Shown here in pieces: positions 38,678 to 48,381 of a DNA stretch of 64,000 bases. Source of the DNA: an uncultured Thermoplasmata archaeon (GTDB taxonomy: Archaea > Thermoplasmatota > Thermoplasmata > RBG-16-68-12); assembly GCA_963768855.1 (NCBI GenBank), contig CAVYJM010000011.1, positions 160,001 to 224,000 on the forward strand, written 5' to 3'. Below the pieces are notes generated by a model that saw nothing but the letters and a program-made list of their open reading frames with translations, did no database searches and was not told the origin of the DNA. A program made the position numbers and the translations under genes. The stretch's first letter is position 1; the number at the start of each line of letters is the position of its first letter.

Positions 38678-39658
38678 ATGGCGCAGGAGCGCGTCGTCAT
38701 CACCGGCGGAGCCGGCTTCATCGGGAGTCACCTGGCCGACGCGCTCGTCCCCGATGCGGACGTGAAGCTCGTCGACAGCTTCACGGCCGGCACCCGAGCG
38801 AACGTCGCGGACGCCGTGCGCGCGGGCGCGACCGTCGTGCGCAGGGACTTGCTCCGCGGCGACCTGGCCCCGGTCCTGCGCCGCGCGGACGTCGTCTACC
38901 ACTTCGCCGCCAACCCGGACGTGCGCTTGAGTCGGGAGGGCCCGAAGGCCCATATCGAGCAGAACGTCCTCATGACGTACCGCGTCCTGGAGGCATGCCG
39001 CGCGAACCACGTTCCGCGGATCGTCTTCGCGTCCACCTCGACCGTGTACGGCGAAGCGAAGACGGTCCCGACCCCGGAGGATTACGGTCCCTGTGAGCCG
39101 ATCTCCCTGTACGGCGCCTCGAAGCTCGCCTGCGAATCCCTCCTGTCCGCGTACGCGCACACGTACGGCCTCCAGGCGGTCGTCTTCCGCATGGCGAACG
39201 TCGTGGGCGGCCGGAGCGGCCACGGCGTGGTCCACGACCTCGTCGAGAAGCTCGTGCGGAATCCGAGGCGCCTCGAGATCATCGGCGCGGACCCGGGAAC
39301 CTCGAAGTCGTACGTGCACATCGAGGACACCCTCGCGGGCTACCGCGCGGGACTCGCCGCCGCCCGCGCGCCGTTCACGGTCTACAACCTCGGCAGCTCG
39401 GACGCGATTAGTGTGCGCGCCCTGGCAGACGCGATTTGCCGCGAACTCGAGCTGGCGGACGTTGAGTACGCCTGGACAGGCGGTTCCGGATTGGGGCGAG
39501 GCTGGGTCGGCGACGTGCGGACGATGGCCCTTTCGATCGACCGACTCAAGGCGACCGGGTGGCGTCCCTCCCTGATGAGCGAGAAGGCAGTGGCGCGGGC
39601 CGCGCGCGAGGCGTACGACCGCATGGCGCGAAAGCCCGCCCGCCGGCAGGCGCGGTGA
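38678..39658 (+). CDS. NAD-dependent epimerase/dehydratase (extended SDR)
   Basis: ITGGAGFIGSHL, ASTSTVYG, YGASK. Confidence 0.9.
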   Translation: MAQERVVITGGAGFIGSHLADALVPDADVKLVDSFTAGTRANVADAVRAGATVVRRDLLRGDLAPVLRRADVVYHFAANPDVRLSREGPKAHIEQNVLMTYRVLEACRANHVPRIVFASTSTVYGEAKTVPTPEDYGPCEPISLYGASKLACESLLSAYAHTYGLQAVVFRMANVVGGRSGHGVVHDLVEKLVRNPRRLEIIGADPGTSKSYVHIEDTLAGYRAGLAAARAPFTVYNLGSSDAISVRALADAICRELELADVEYAWTGGSGLGRGWVGDVRTMALSIDRLKATGWRPSLMSEKAVARAAREAYDRMARKPARRQAR

Positions 39659-39698
39659 GAACTTATTTAGCGCCGCAGCCGATGGCGCGCGCGACCGT

Positions 39699-39776
39699 GG
39701 GGCTGTGGGGTAGCTTGGTCCATCCTTCGGGCTTTGGGAGCCTGCGACGGCAGTTCAAATCTGCCCAGCCCCACCA
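39699..39776 (+). tRNA. tRNA-Pro (anticodon TGG), CCA encoded
   Basis: Acceptor stem ggggctg/cagcccc, anticodon arm cgggc-ttTGGga-gcctg, T-loop ttcaaat, 3' ACCA. Confidence 0.95.
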
Positions 39777-39851
39777 CCTCGTCCGAGCGATCCCGGAGGG
39801 TAGTCCACGCCACCGTCACGACGACTGACGGAGCGCGAGTGGCACCGCAAG

Positions 39852-40283
39852 ATGGCGGCTAGGGAGTTCAACCTCGTCTGGTCCCTCCTCGAGAAGAGGC
39901 ACCGCAGCGCGGACGAGGAAGACCGGATGATCCATGCGGCCCACTCCTCGCGGTACCACTGGGGAATCGTGGGCAAGCCGATCCACCGGGCGATCGGCGA
40001 GTGGCAGATCTCCCACGTGTACGCGGTCCTCAAACGCCCGGAGCCGTCGCGGTACCATGCGCAACGGTGCTTGGAGATATGTCGAAGGAATCGGATCGGG
40101 GACTTCCCGCTCGCCTTTGCCTACGAGGCCCTCGCCCGCGCCTCGGCAGTCGAGGGGAACTCCGCCGCGCGGGACCGTTACGTCCTCCGGGCGCTGAAGG
40201 CCGGGGAGCGGATCCGCGACCGCGAGGACCGCGTGCAGTTCTTCGCGGACCTGAAGACAATCCCCCGCACCCGGCGCCGGTGA
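39852..40283 (+). CDS. Conserved hypothetical alpha-helical protein
   Basis: FNLVWSLLEK...MIHAAHSSRYHW...GEWQISHVYAVL...YEALARA looks protein-like and has host-like codon usage. Confidence 0.7.
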   Translation: MAAREFNLVWSLLEKRHRSADEEDRMIHAAHSSRYHWGIVGKPIHRAIGEWQISHVYAVLKRPEPSRYHAQRCLEICRRNRIGDFPLAFAYEALARASAVEGNSAARDRYVLRALKAGERIRDREDRVQFFADLKTIPRTRRR

Positions 40284-40284
40284 G

Positions 40285-40974
40285 TCAGGCTACCGGCAAC
40301 GGCGGCTTCTCCTCGAGGTGGGCCTCCTTCACGCTCCAGCTTCCGGCGGCACCCTCCCACAACGCCTCGGCTCGATCGACGACGATCCGCTTTCGGAAGA
40401 ACGGCGCGTCGAGGACAAGGGTCTCGAACTCCCCCCCTTCCCCGCACGGGTGCACGCCCCGCGTTTCCGCGAGCCGGAGGAGGTCCGCGACCGCGGCGGC
40501 GTCCCAGGCGCGTCCGAGCCAGGTGCGGTCGAACCCATCCGCGGAGACGCTCGAGAAGACGATCCGCAAGCCGGCGTCGAGATAGTCGTGGACGAGCTGC
40601 CGCGGGTCCTGCCGCCAGAGCGGAGCGAAAATCCGCAGTCCGAGTTCATGGGCGACGCGGTTCACGCGGCTGTGTTGGTAGTCGGAGGCGATGGCGCCGA
40701 CCACGATGCCGTCCGCATCGGCCTGCCGGAAGGCGCGCCGCAAAGCGTCGAGCTCGCCGGCCTCCCCCGGCTCGGCTGCGACCTCGATCCGAGGGAGCCC
40801 CATCGCTTCTGCCTGCTGCTCGGTCAGGGAGAGATTCGGCACGTGGAACATCATCGATTCCGGATCTGCGGGGCGGATCGTGAGCAGGGAGGCGATCTCC
40901 CAGCCGCGCTGCATCGCGACGTAGGCCGCGTAGGTCGAATCCTTCCCGCCGGAGAAGAGGCAGGCGACGCGCAC
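40285..40974 (-). CDS. dph6: Diphthine--ammonia ligase
   Basis: LFSGGKDS, SMMFHVPN, GAIASDYQ, HPCGEGGEFETLVLDAP. Confidence 0.93.
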   Translation of the reverse strand: MRVACLFSGGKDSTYAAYVAMQRGWEIASLLTIRPADPESMMFHVPNLSLTEQQAEAMGLPRIEVAAEPGEAGELDALRRAFRQADADGIVVGAIASDYQHSRVNRVAHELGLRIFAPLWRQDPRQLVHDYLDAGLRIVFSSVSADGFDRTWLGRAWDAAAVADLLRLAETRGVHPCGEGGEFETLVLDAPFFRKRIVVDRAEALWEGAAGSWSVKEAHLEEKPPLPVA

Positions 40975-41134
40975 GGGCCCGAGACCGCCGGGCAGCGGTA
41001 AAGGGCTTTCGAGTCATCCGGGGTGGGGCCGCCGCGGTCGACTCCCTGCATTGGGAAAGTCAACCTTAAACAAGGTTGACTTGACCACCGCGTGCGCGCG
41101 AACGGTTTATGGCCGCCCCCGCGCTTCCCGCGGC

Positions 41135-41836
41135 GTGCGCCTCGACGAGTGGACCTCGGAGGAGTTCGCGAAGAATGTGGGAGCCGACACGGTCATCATC
41201 CTCCCGGTGGGCTCCGTCGAGAAGCACGGGAGCCATCTTCCCCTCGGCTCGGACCTAATCCAGCCCCTCCATGTCCTGGAGGCGGTCTGCCGGAAGACCG
41301 GGGCGGTCCTCGCCCCGCCGATCCCCTATGGCGTGATCACGACGACGCGGCATTATCCGGGCGGCATCGGCATCTCGTACGACTCCCTGCGCGCATTCAC
41401 GAGGGACGTGCTGCGCGACCTCGTCCGGAACGGCGCGCATCGCGTGATGATCGTCAGCGGCCACGCGGCCCACGACCACATGGCCGCCCTGCGGGCCGCG
41501 GCCCAGGACGTCGTCGACGAGGGCACGCTCAAGGCCACGGTCCTCTCCGACTACGACATCATCTACGCGCAGAAGGACCTCCCGCCCAAGGAGGGCCATG
41601 CGGGCATGATCGAGACCTCCCGCCTCCTCGTCCACCGCCCCGACCTCGTGAAGGGTCGCAGCCCGCCCGGAGCGAACCGCCTCCCTCCCTACGCGGTCGT
41701 GAAAGACGCGAAGCCGTATTGGGACGGGGCCACGGGCGATTCCTCGAAGGCGACGGCGGCCTACGGGGAGGCGCTCGACCGGGTCGTCGTGGAGGAGCTC
41801 GTGAAGCTCGTCGAGGAACTTCGGGGGCGGGCGTGA
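41135..41836 (+). CDS. Creatininase family amidohydrolase
   Basis: LPVGSVEKHGSHLPLGSD, VSGHAAH, HAGMIETS. Confidence 0.88.
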   Translation: MRLDEWTSEEFAKNVGADTVIILPVGSVEKHGSHLPLGSDLIQPLHVLEAVCRKTGAVLAPPIPYGVITTTRHYPGGIGISYDSLRAFTRDVLRDLVRNGAHRVMIVSGHAAHDHMAALRAAAQDVVDEGTLKATVLSDYDIIYAQKDLPPKEGHAGMIETSRLLVHRPDLVKGRSPPGANRLPPYAVVKDAKPYWDGATGDSSKATAAYGEALDRVVVEELVKLVEELRGRA

Positions 41837-41837
41837 C

Positions 41838-42530
41838 ATGGCCACGGACGACCTGAAGCGGGCTGCCGCGGACGCCTCCCTGAAGTACGTGAACGACGGG
41901 ATGATCCTCGGGCTCGGGACCGGATCGACGGCTCGGTACGTTCTGGAGGGCCTGGCGCGCCGGATCGCGGAGGAAGGTCTCCTCGTGAGCGGCGTGCCGA
42001 CCTCCCTGGCGACCGCGGAGGCGGCGAAGATGCTCGGAATCCCACTCACTTCCCTGGAGGAGCACCCCGTGCTCGACCTGGCGATCGACGGCGCGGACGA
42101 GGTCGACCCGAGGATGGACCTCATCAAGGGGCTGGGAGGCGCGCTCTTCCGCGAGAAGATCGTCGCCGCATCCGCGAAGAAGTTCGTCGTCGTCGTGGAG
42201 GAGTCGAAGCTCGTGCCCCGCCTGGGGACGAAGGCGCCCGTGCCCGTCGAGGTCCATCCGTTCGGGCTGCGGTCCACCCAGACGCGGATCGAGGCGCTCG
42301 GTGCGAGGGCCCCGCTCCGGATGCGGGGCTCCGAAGTGTTCCGGACGGACAACGGGAACCACATCCTCGACGCCCGGTTCGGGCCGATCAAGAAGCCGGA
42401 CAGGCTCGCGGAGAGCCTCGAGGCGGTTCCCGGGGTCGTGGGCCACGGCCTCTTCCTCGGGATGACCGATCTCGTGCTCGCCTCCTCGACGGAGGGCGTG
42501 CGGATCCTGCGTTCTAGGCGAAGGACTTGA
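41838..42530 (+). CDS. rpiA: Ribose-5-phosphate isomerase A
   Basis: GLGTGST, AIDGADEVD, IKGLGGALFREK, TDNGN. Confidence 0.95.
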   Translation: MATDDLKRAAADASLKYVNDGMILGLGTGSTARYVLEGLARRIAEEGLLVSGVPTSLATAEAAKMLGIPLTSLEEHPVLDLAIDGADEVDPRMDLIKGLGGALFREKIVAASAKKFVVVVEESKLVPRLGTKAPVPVEVHPFGLRSTQTRIEALGARAPLRMRGSEVFRTDNGNHILDARFGPIKKPDRLAESLEAVPGVVGHGLFLGMTDLVLASSTEGVRILRSRRRT

Positions 42531-42879
42531 GCTTCTTGCGGTTCGCCTCGATCCGCTCGAGCCGGTTCTGCTGATCGCGGTCGAGCTGGGCCAGGATGTC
42601 GTCCCAGCGGGTGCTCAGGCGGTAGGCGTGCACGGGACGGCCCTTGCCCTCCTTCTTGATGTCGCGCTTCTCGACCCAGCGCCGCCGTCGGAGTTCCTGC
42701 ATCGCGATGCTGACCTCGGGCTGCCGCAGTCCCGTGGCCTTCTCGATCTCCACGGAGGTCGTCTCGTCGCGCTTCGAGAGGAACACGAGGGTTTTCGCGA
42801 CGTTCTTGGAGAGGCCGGTCTCGATCAGCAGGTCCACCAGGGTCTCGTCTCGGCGGCTGAGGCGGACGTCCCGGCCCAT
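42514..42879 (-). CDS. TrmB/ArsR-like wHTH regulator
   Basis: [17 protein letters not shown]...[10 protein letters not shown]. Confidence 0.85.
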   Translation of the reverse strand: MGRDVRLSRRDETLVDLLIETGLSKNVAKTLVFLSKRDETTSVEIEKATGLRQPEVSIAMQELRRRRWVEKRDIKKEGKGRPVHAYRLSTRWDDILAQLDRDQQNRLERIEANRKKLKSFA

Positions 42880-43066
42880 TGTATCTCCCCAGCAATTATT
42901 AATTTCGCCATATATATTTCTTGTCCTCATCTTCCGCGGCGCGAGACGAGCCGCGTCGTCCGCTCGTTCGAACGCGTCGCGCGACGCGTGGCGGACGAGT
43001 CGGCCGCGCGCACCTCGTAACCCTTTAATAGCAGTTCCTCTGTCTAACGCTGCCTGGTTCGTCTCC

Positions 43067-43354
43067 ATGAAGGTGCCCCAGATAATCCGCGGCTACTGCC
43101 CCTTCTGCAACAAGCATGTGGACCTGGAAGTCGAGCGTGTGAAGAACCGCCCGAGGTCCGAGCTTCGCGCAGGTCAGCGGCGATTCCGCCGCGTCACGGC
43201 CGGGTACGGCGGATTCCCGAGGCCGAAGCCTGAGGGACGCGAGAAGCCGACCAAGAAGATCCATCTCCGCTACCGATGCAAGGTGTGCAAGAAGGCGTAC
43301 CAGCGGGTGGGAATCCGCGCCAAGAAGTTCGAGATCATCGAGGTGCACAAGTGA
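43067..43354 (+). CDS. rpl44e: 50S ribosomal protein L44e
   Basis: YCPFC...GYGGFPRP...KPTKK...RCKVC. Confidence 0.95.
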   Translation: MKVPQIIRGYCPFCNKHVDLEVERVKNRPRSELRAGQRRFRRVTAGYGGFPRPKPEGREKPTKKIHLRYRCKVCKKAYQRVGIRAKKFEIIEVHK

Positions 43355-43530
43355 TTCCCAAGCCGGAGAGCCAGTTCCTCAGGGTCAAGTGCGAGGATTG
43401 CGGGAACCAGCAGATCGTCTTCGACCGGGCCGCGAGCGTGGTCCTCTGCCAAGTGTGCGGGGCGACTCTCGCCAAGCCGACGGGGGGGAAGGCCGCGATC
43501 CGAGGCGAGGTCCTGGGGGTCCTCGAGTAG
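43351..43530 (+). CDS. rps27e: 30S ribosomal protein S27e
   Basis: [18 protein letters not shown]...[14 protein letters not shown]. Confidence 0.95.
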   Translation: MIPKPESQFLRVKCEDCGNQQIVFDRAASVVLCQVCGATLAKPTGGKAAIRGEVLGVLE

Positions 43531-44316
43531 ATGGCCAACCGCGGGTACGACTGGCCCGAGGAGGGCGAACTCGTCGTCTGCTCCGTGGCCAACGTCAAGA
43601 ACTTCGGGGCCTTCGTCACCCTCGACGAGTACGAGGCCAAGGAGGGCTTCATCCACATCGCCGAGGTCTCCTCCGGATGGATCAAGTACATCCGGGACTA
43701 CGTGCGGGAGGGGCAGAAGGTCGTCTGCAAGGTCCTCCGCGTGGACCAGGACAAGGGTCACATCGACCTCTCTCTGAAGGCCGTCAACGAGCACCAGCGC
43801 CGCGACAAGATCCAGGAATGGAAGAACGAGCAGAAGGCGGAGAACCTCCTGGGGATCGTCGCGAAGCGCCTCGACAAGACGCCGGAGGCGTGCTGGGACG
43901 AGTTCGGGTACGACCTCCTGGACGCCTTCGGCACGCTCTACCGCGCCTTCGAGGAGTGCGTGATGGACGATCACGCCCTCGAGGAGGAGGGCTTCAAGGG
44001 TGCGTGGATCAAGGCGTTCGTCGAGGTCGCGCGGGAGAACATCGTCCCGCCCTACGTCACGATCGACGGGTACCTCGAGGCCACGGACTACGCGCCCGAC
44101 GGCGCGAACCACCTGAAGGACGCGCTCACGAAGGCCGCCCGCGAGGACGGCACGGTCACGGTCAAGGTCCAGTACATCGGCGCCCCCCGCTACCGCCTCG
44201 TCGTCCGCGCCCCGGACTACAAGACCGCAGAGGACGAAATCGAGAAGGCCGCGGCGCGCGTCTCGAAGGCCCTCGAGGCGACGGGCGGCGAGGCCAAATT
44301 CCACCGCAAGGATTGA
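43531..44316 (+). CDS. eif2a: Translation initiation factor aIF2 alpha subunit
   Basis: WPEEGELV S1 domain, GFIHIAEVSSGWI, IGAPRY. Confidence 0.95.
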   Translation: MANRGYDWPEEGELVVCSVANVKNFGAFVTLDEYEAKEGFIHIAEVSSGWIKYIRDYVREGQKVVCKVLRVDQDKGHIDLSLKAVNEHQRRDKIQEWKNEQKAENLLGIVAKRLDKTPEACWDEFGYDLLDAFGTLYRAFEECVMDDHALEEEGFKGAWIKAFVEVARENIVPPYVTIDGYLEATDYAPDGANHLKDALTKAAREDGTVTVKVQYIGAPRYRLVVRAPDYKTAEDEIEKAAARVSKALEATGGEAKFHRKD

Positions 44317-44325
44317 GGCGGTCCC

Positions 44326-44505
44326 ATGCGTTCCCTCATGCACAAGTGCCGCGCGTGCGGGCGGTACACCCTGCAGGACGTCTGCCCGGCGTGCGGCGCG
44401 GCCGCGGGGAACCCGATGCCGCCGCGCTATTCCCCCGAAGACCGCTACGGGGTCTACCGCCGACGGCTGAAGCGGGAAGGTGAATCGCCATGGAAAACAT
44501 CGTGA
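44326..44505 (+). CDS. nop10: H/ACA RNP protein Nop10 (59 aa; missing from ORF track)
   Basis: Manual translation MRSLMHKCRACGRYTLQDVCPACG...PPRYSPEDRYGVYRR; canonical position after aIF2a. Confidence 0.92.
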   Translation: MRSLMHKCRACGRYTLQDVCPACGAAAGNPMPPRYSPEDRYGVYRRRLKREGESPWKTS

Positions 44506-45278
44506 TCCGGTACCTGGAGAAGCCCAAGCTCGAAGACCCCATCTTCGTCGAGGGCCTCCCCGGGATCGGCAACGTGGGGAAGCTCGCGGCCGAACACTTG
44601 AAGGACGAGCTGAAGGCGGTCAAGTTCGCGGAGATCTTCTCGAAGTACTTCCCGCCCCAGGTCCTCGTCCAGGACGACGGCCAGATCAAGCTCGTGAACA
44701 ACGAGATGCACTACGTGAAGCGGGGGAACGGCAAGGACATCATCTTCCTCACGGGCGACTACCAGGGCCTGACGCCGGAGGGGCAGTACGAGCTCAGCGA
44801 TTTCATCCTGAAGGAGCTCAAGACCCTCGGCGTGCGGCGGATCTTCACCCTGGGCGGCTACGGCCTCGGACGGATGATCACGAAGCCGCGGGTCCTGGGC
44901 GCCGCGACGGACGCCGCCCTGGTCAAGGAGATGGAGAAGGTGGGCGTCGTGTTCTCCCGCGGCGAACCGGGCGCGGGCATCGTCGGCGCGAGCGGCCTGA
45001 TGCTCGGCCTCGGGCGGCTCTACGACATGCAGGCCGTGTGCCTGATGGGCGAGACGTCCGGATACTTCGTCGACCCGAAGAGCGCGCAGGCGGTCCTCGA
45101 GATCCTGACGAAGGTCCTCGACGTGACGATCTCCTTCACCGAGCTCGAGAGCAAGGCGAAGCAGATCGACCAGATCACCTCGAAGCTCCGCGACATCGAG
45201 AGGGCGATCGTCAGGACGACGCCGATGAGGGGGACGGACATCCCCTCCCCGTTCAGGAAGAGGGCCAGGAAGCTGTAG
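44490..45278 (+). CDS. PAC2-family proteasome assembly chaperone; native C-terminus displaced
   Basis: EGLPGIGNVGK, TLGGYG, GIVGASG, GETSGYFVDP. After LRDIE (45200) the ORF reads through inserted antisense MFS DNA. Confidence 0.9.
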   Translation: MENIVIRYLEKPKLEDPIFVEGLPGIGNVGKLAAEHLKDELKAVKFAEIFSKYFPPQVLVQDDGQIKLVNNEMHYVKRGNGKDIIFLTGDYQGLTPEGQYELSDFILKELKTLGVRRIFTLGGYGLGRMITKPRVLGAATDAALVKEMEKVGVVFSRGEPGAGIVGASGLMLGLGRLYDMQAVCLMGETSGYFVDPKSAQAVLEILTKVLDVTISFTELESKAKQIDQITSKLRDIERAIVRTTPMRGTDIPSPFRKRARKL

Positions 45279-45697
45279 TACACATTGATCAGGGCGTAGA
45301 AGACGACGACGAGGTAGATGGTCCGGAGGAACCGCGGATCCCGCAGGTGTCCCGCGAGGGTCGCCACCTGGGCCCGGAAGGGCGCGGCCAACGGCTTCGG
45401 GACCTCCTTGAGAGACAGCGTCACCACGGCCAGGGCCGCGAGGCTCGTGCCGCTGAGGACGTAGAAGGGCAGGACGAACGACACGAGGGAGATGAGGCCC
45501 CCGACCAGAGGGGACAGGGCGGATGCCAGGTCGTTCATGTCCGAGAAGAACCCGACCTCCTTGCCGGTCACCTTCGCGTCCGCGTAGCTGAGGACGTAGG
45601 CCCAGGACGTGAGCCAGAGGAACGACGAAGCGATCCCCCGCGCGACGGACAGCAGGAGGAGGGGCAGGAGGGCGTTGGCCTGGGGATAGAGGAGCGC
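45200..45697 (-). pseudogene. Internal fragment of an MFS transporter (no start or stop)
   Basis: Reads ALLYPQANALLPLLLLSVARGIASSFLWLTSWAYVLSYADAKVTGKEVGFFSDMNDLASALSPLVGG...VFYALINVYYSFLALFL...IGVVLTIAL, roughly TM3-TM8 of an MFS. Confidence 0.75.
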
Positions 45698-45753
45698 AGG
45701 ACGCCCAGCCCGAGACGCCAGAGAAGCGCGAGGACCTGGGATACATCGGATAG
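45694..45753 (+). other. Orphaned PAC2 C-terminal coding tail
   Basis: Reads AQDAQPETPEKREDLGYIG-stop; in frame with PAC2 if 490 or 493 bp are removed. Confidence 0.75.
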
Positions 45754-45805
45754 TCTTGCCGGAAAACCTCTATACCCCGGCCCGGGGATACCGTCCCTGC
45801 AAGGG

Positions 45806-46498
45806 ATGGGCGAAGACGAGTTGCGCAAGGCCTTCCTGAAGGGCTATGAGGAAGGCCTGAAGGCCGCATGGCGCGAGATCGGGCTGCTGACCACCCGCGG
45901 GTACTCCTCCACGGAGCTCAGCGTCATGTCGAAGTCCAAGATGGCTGTCCTCTACCGGGACGTTGAATCGATGGCCGCGCGGCTCGCGGAGGAGGAGCCG
46001 GCGACGATCGGACCGAGCGTCCCCCAGCGGGACCTCGGAGGCCGCGGGTCCTACCTCGTGCGCGAGCCGAAAGCAGAGCGCATCTTCGACCTGTTCGCCG
46101 ACCTCCTCGGCGCGGGCGCCCGCGGGCTCTGCATCACCCGCACCCACCCGGATGACCTGCGCTCCCGGTACCGGCTCGAGGAATCGGGCTTCATCTGGCT
46201 GTCGAGCACGCCGGGGAAGAAGAGCAAGGGCATGGCGGTCGTCTCGCCGACGGGGCTCGTGGACATCGCCTCCGCGATCTCCGAGTTCGCCGCCCAGGGA
46301 GGCAACGCGGCCGTCCTCCTCGAGGGCGTGGAGTACATGATCGGCCAGAACGGCTTCTCGTCCTTCCTGCGGTTCCTCCAGAAGGTCAACGAGAAGATCG
46401 TCCTGAACAACTCGTACCTCCTGATCTCGGCGAACCCCGCGGCGCTCAAGGAGCAGGAGTACAAGCTCCTCGCGCGGGAGATGGTCGGGGAGATCTGA
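45806..46498 (+). CDS. DUF835-domain (inactive KaiC-like) protein
   Basis: GLCITRTHP, FIWLS, VLLEGVEYMIGQNGF..FLRFL. Confidence 0.85.
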   Translation: MGEDELRKAFLKGYEEGLKAAWREIGLLTTRGYSSTELSVMSKSKMAVLYRDVESMAARLAEEEPATIGPSVPQRDLGGRGSYLVREPKAERIFDLFADLLGAGARGLCITRTHPDDLRSRYRLEESGFIWLSSTPGKKSKGMAVVSPTGLVDIASAISEFAAQGGNAAVLLEGVEYMIGQNGFSSFLRFLQKVNEKIVLNNSYLLISANPAALKEQEYKLLAREMVGEI

Positions 46499-46504
46499 GG
46501 CGGC

Positions 46505-47140
46505 TCAACGCCCCGCGACGGAGAGGGCGGCACGCTTGAAGCTCGCCCAGTTCAGCGTGTGGTCATCCCGCATCAGCGAGACGAGCATGACGACCGTGAG
46601 TCCCTCCACGAGCTTCGAAACGATCCACAGGTCGTAGACGTTCTCGACCTCGGATAGGGGCCAGATCGGCACGACGAGGGAGATCCCGGCGAGGACGATG
46701 AGGAACACGGGCCATCCGAGGAGGTAGGGGTCGTACTTCGCCGGGAGCCGCGTGATCAGGATCCCGCAGGCGATCTGGACGGGGCCGATGATCGCGAAGA
46801 AGACCGCCTCGATGAGGGACTCGTTGATGTGGTCGTTGAAGGCGAACAGGTGCAGCGCGCCATCGAGGATGAACAGCGCCTGGATGAGGTACCGCTTCGA
46901 GTACACCGGGTCGTTCAGGAACCGGTTGTGGTTCTCATACACCGCGCCTCCGGCGGCGAAGAAGAGCCCGAACAGGGTGAAGAACAGGCGGTTGATCAGG
47001 CTGCCCGCGCTGTGCCCGCCCGTCGCCACCTCCTGGAGCACGATCAGGCCGATGTAGTCCGAGGCCCAGCCCAGCAGGATGATCAGCAGGCCGGAAATGA
47101 GGAAGACGTTCTCCGTGGTGAAACGGATCTTCCACTGCAT
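46505..47140 (-). CDS. Multi-pass membrane protein
   Basis: About 6 hydrophobic segments; start uncertain (47140 or 47152). Confidence 0.7.
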   Translation of the reverse strand: MQWKIRFTTENVFLISGLLIILLGWASDYIGLIVLQEVATGGHSAGSLINRLFFTLFGLFFAAGGAVYENHNRFLNDPVYSKRYLIQALFILDGALHLFAFNDHINESLIEAVFFAIIGPVQIACGILITRLPAKYDPYLLGWPVFLIVLAGISLVVPIWPLSEVENVYDLWIVSKLVEGLTVVMLVSLMRDDHTLNWASFKRAALSVAGR

Positions 47141-47232
47141 CGGCCCGCCCATGCGCAGGTCCGCCAAGAAGTTTCGCGCGGGCGAGAGCTCGCAAAAGCC
47201 TTTATGGGCCTCCGAGCTAACCGGCCTCCCGC

Positions 47233-47307
47233 GCTCCCGTAGTCTAGTCCGGTCAAGGATCGGGGCCTTTCGAGCCTCAGACGCGGGTTCGAATCCCGCC
47301 GGGAGCA
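47233..47307 (+). tRNA. tRNA-Glu (anticodon TTC), CCA not encoded
   Basis: Acceptor stem gctcccg/cgggagc, anticodon arm ggggc-ctTTCga-gcctc, T-arm gcggg-ttcgaat-cccgc; promoter-like aaaagcctttat at about 47194-47205. Confidence 0.95.
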
Positions 47308-47396
47308 TGATATTTTTTAGCACGGTGATGCACCGGTAGCATCATGTGTTGGTCAGTGACGAGCTATCTACTGGGGGATAGCGCGATCTTCACTGC

Positions 47397-47432
47397 GCCG
47401 TCGCTCCGCCGAGCGGCCCGAAGGGCTATGCC
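47397..47432 (+). repeat. Island intergenic repeat copy A
   Basis: gccgtcgctccgccgagcggcccgaagggctatgcc. Confidence 0.7.
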
Positions 47433-47512
47433 GAGATGGCAAGTCGGGAAGCTTCGCGAATGGCCAAGGTCCTTCTAAGGGTCCGCCTTGGGCGGGAGCA
47501 GGCGCATCCAGC

Positions 47513-48271
47513 ATGGTCTCCGTGGTGATCGATTCCCGGTTCCAGGGGCTCAAGGACATCGCCCTCGGCGGCTACGTCGGCGGCGTCCTGGCGGGCGGAC
47601 GGGCCGCGGAGGTCCGCTTCCTGCGACCCGCGCCGGTCGGACGCCCGTTGCAGGTCGGGGACCGCGCGGACGGAACTACGGCTCTCTTGGACGGGAAGAA
47701 TCTCTTGGCCCTCGCACAGCCTGCGGACGTGGATCTAGACGTGCCCGCGCCGGTCACGGCGGAGGAGGCTGCGGCGGCCACCCAAAGCTACCCCGGGCTC
47801 GATCGCCACCTCATCCCGGCCTGTTTCGTCTGCGGCCCCGGACGGCGTGAAGGCGACGGCCTGCGAATCTTCCCTGGCCCCGTGCCGGAGCGTGACCTTG
47901 TCGCCGCGCTGTGGACGCCGGATGTCTCCCTGGGCGGCCCAGATGGATGCGTCGCTCCCGAGTTCGTCTGGTCCGCCGTGGACTGCCCGAGCATCTGGGC
48001 TCTGGTTCACCGAGCGCCGCCCGACTCCAAGGAGCGGGTCGTGACCGCTCGCCTCGCCCTCCGGCCCGTGGCGCCGCTCCGCGTGGGCGAGTCCTGCGTG
48101 GTGACGGGATGGGCCGTCGGCGGAGACGCCCGGTTCCAGGTAGCCGGCGCGGCCGTGCGTTCAGCGGAAGGTCGTCTCCTCGCCGTGGCGCGGCACACCC
48201 TCGCGTCGACGGACTGGGGCGTGCCGCTCGGCCTTGACAAGTGGGGGACCGATTCGCGCCAACCCGCGTGA
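47513..48271 (+). CDS. Hotdog-fold/thioesterase-like hypothetical protein
   Basis: GGYVGG, CFVCGP...GLRIFPGP, VWSAVDCP; the fold is inferred. Confidence 0.65.
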   Translation: MVSVVIDSRFQGLKDIALGGYVGGVLAGGRAAEVRFLRPAPVGRPLQVGDRADGTTALLDGKNLLALAQPADVDLDVPAPVTAEEAAAATQSYPGLDRHLIPACFVCGPGRREGDGLRIFPGPVPERDLVAALWTPDVSLGGPDGCVAPEFVWSAVDCPSIWALVHRAPPDSKERVVTARLALRPVAPLRVGESCVVTGWAVGGDARFQVAGAAVRSAEGRLLAVARHTLASTDWGVPLGLDKWGTDSRQPA

Positions 48272-48381
48272 GAGTGCCTCCGCTTCCACGCTGTATGCCG
48301 CCCTGCTCCTCGTCGCCTCCCGGAGAAGAGCGCGAGTTGCTCGAGCGGGAGTCCAGCTATTCCTTCTGGATGCGCTGCGCG

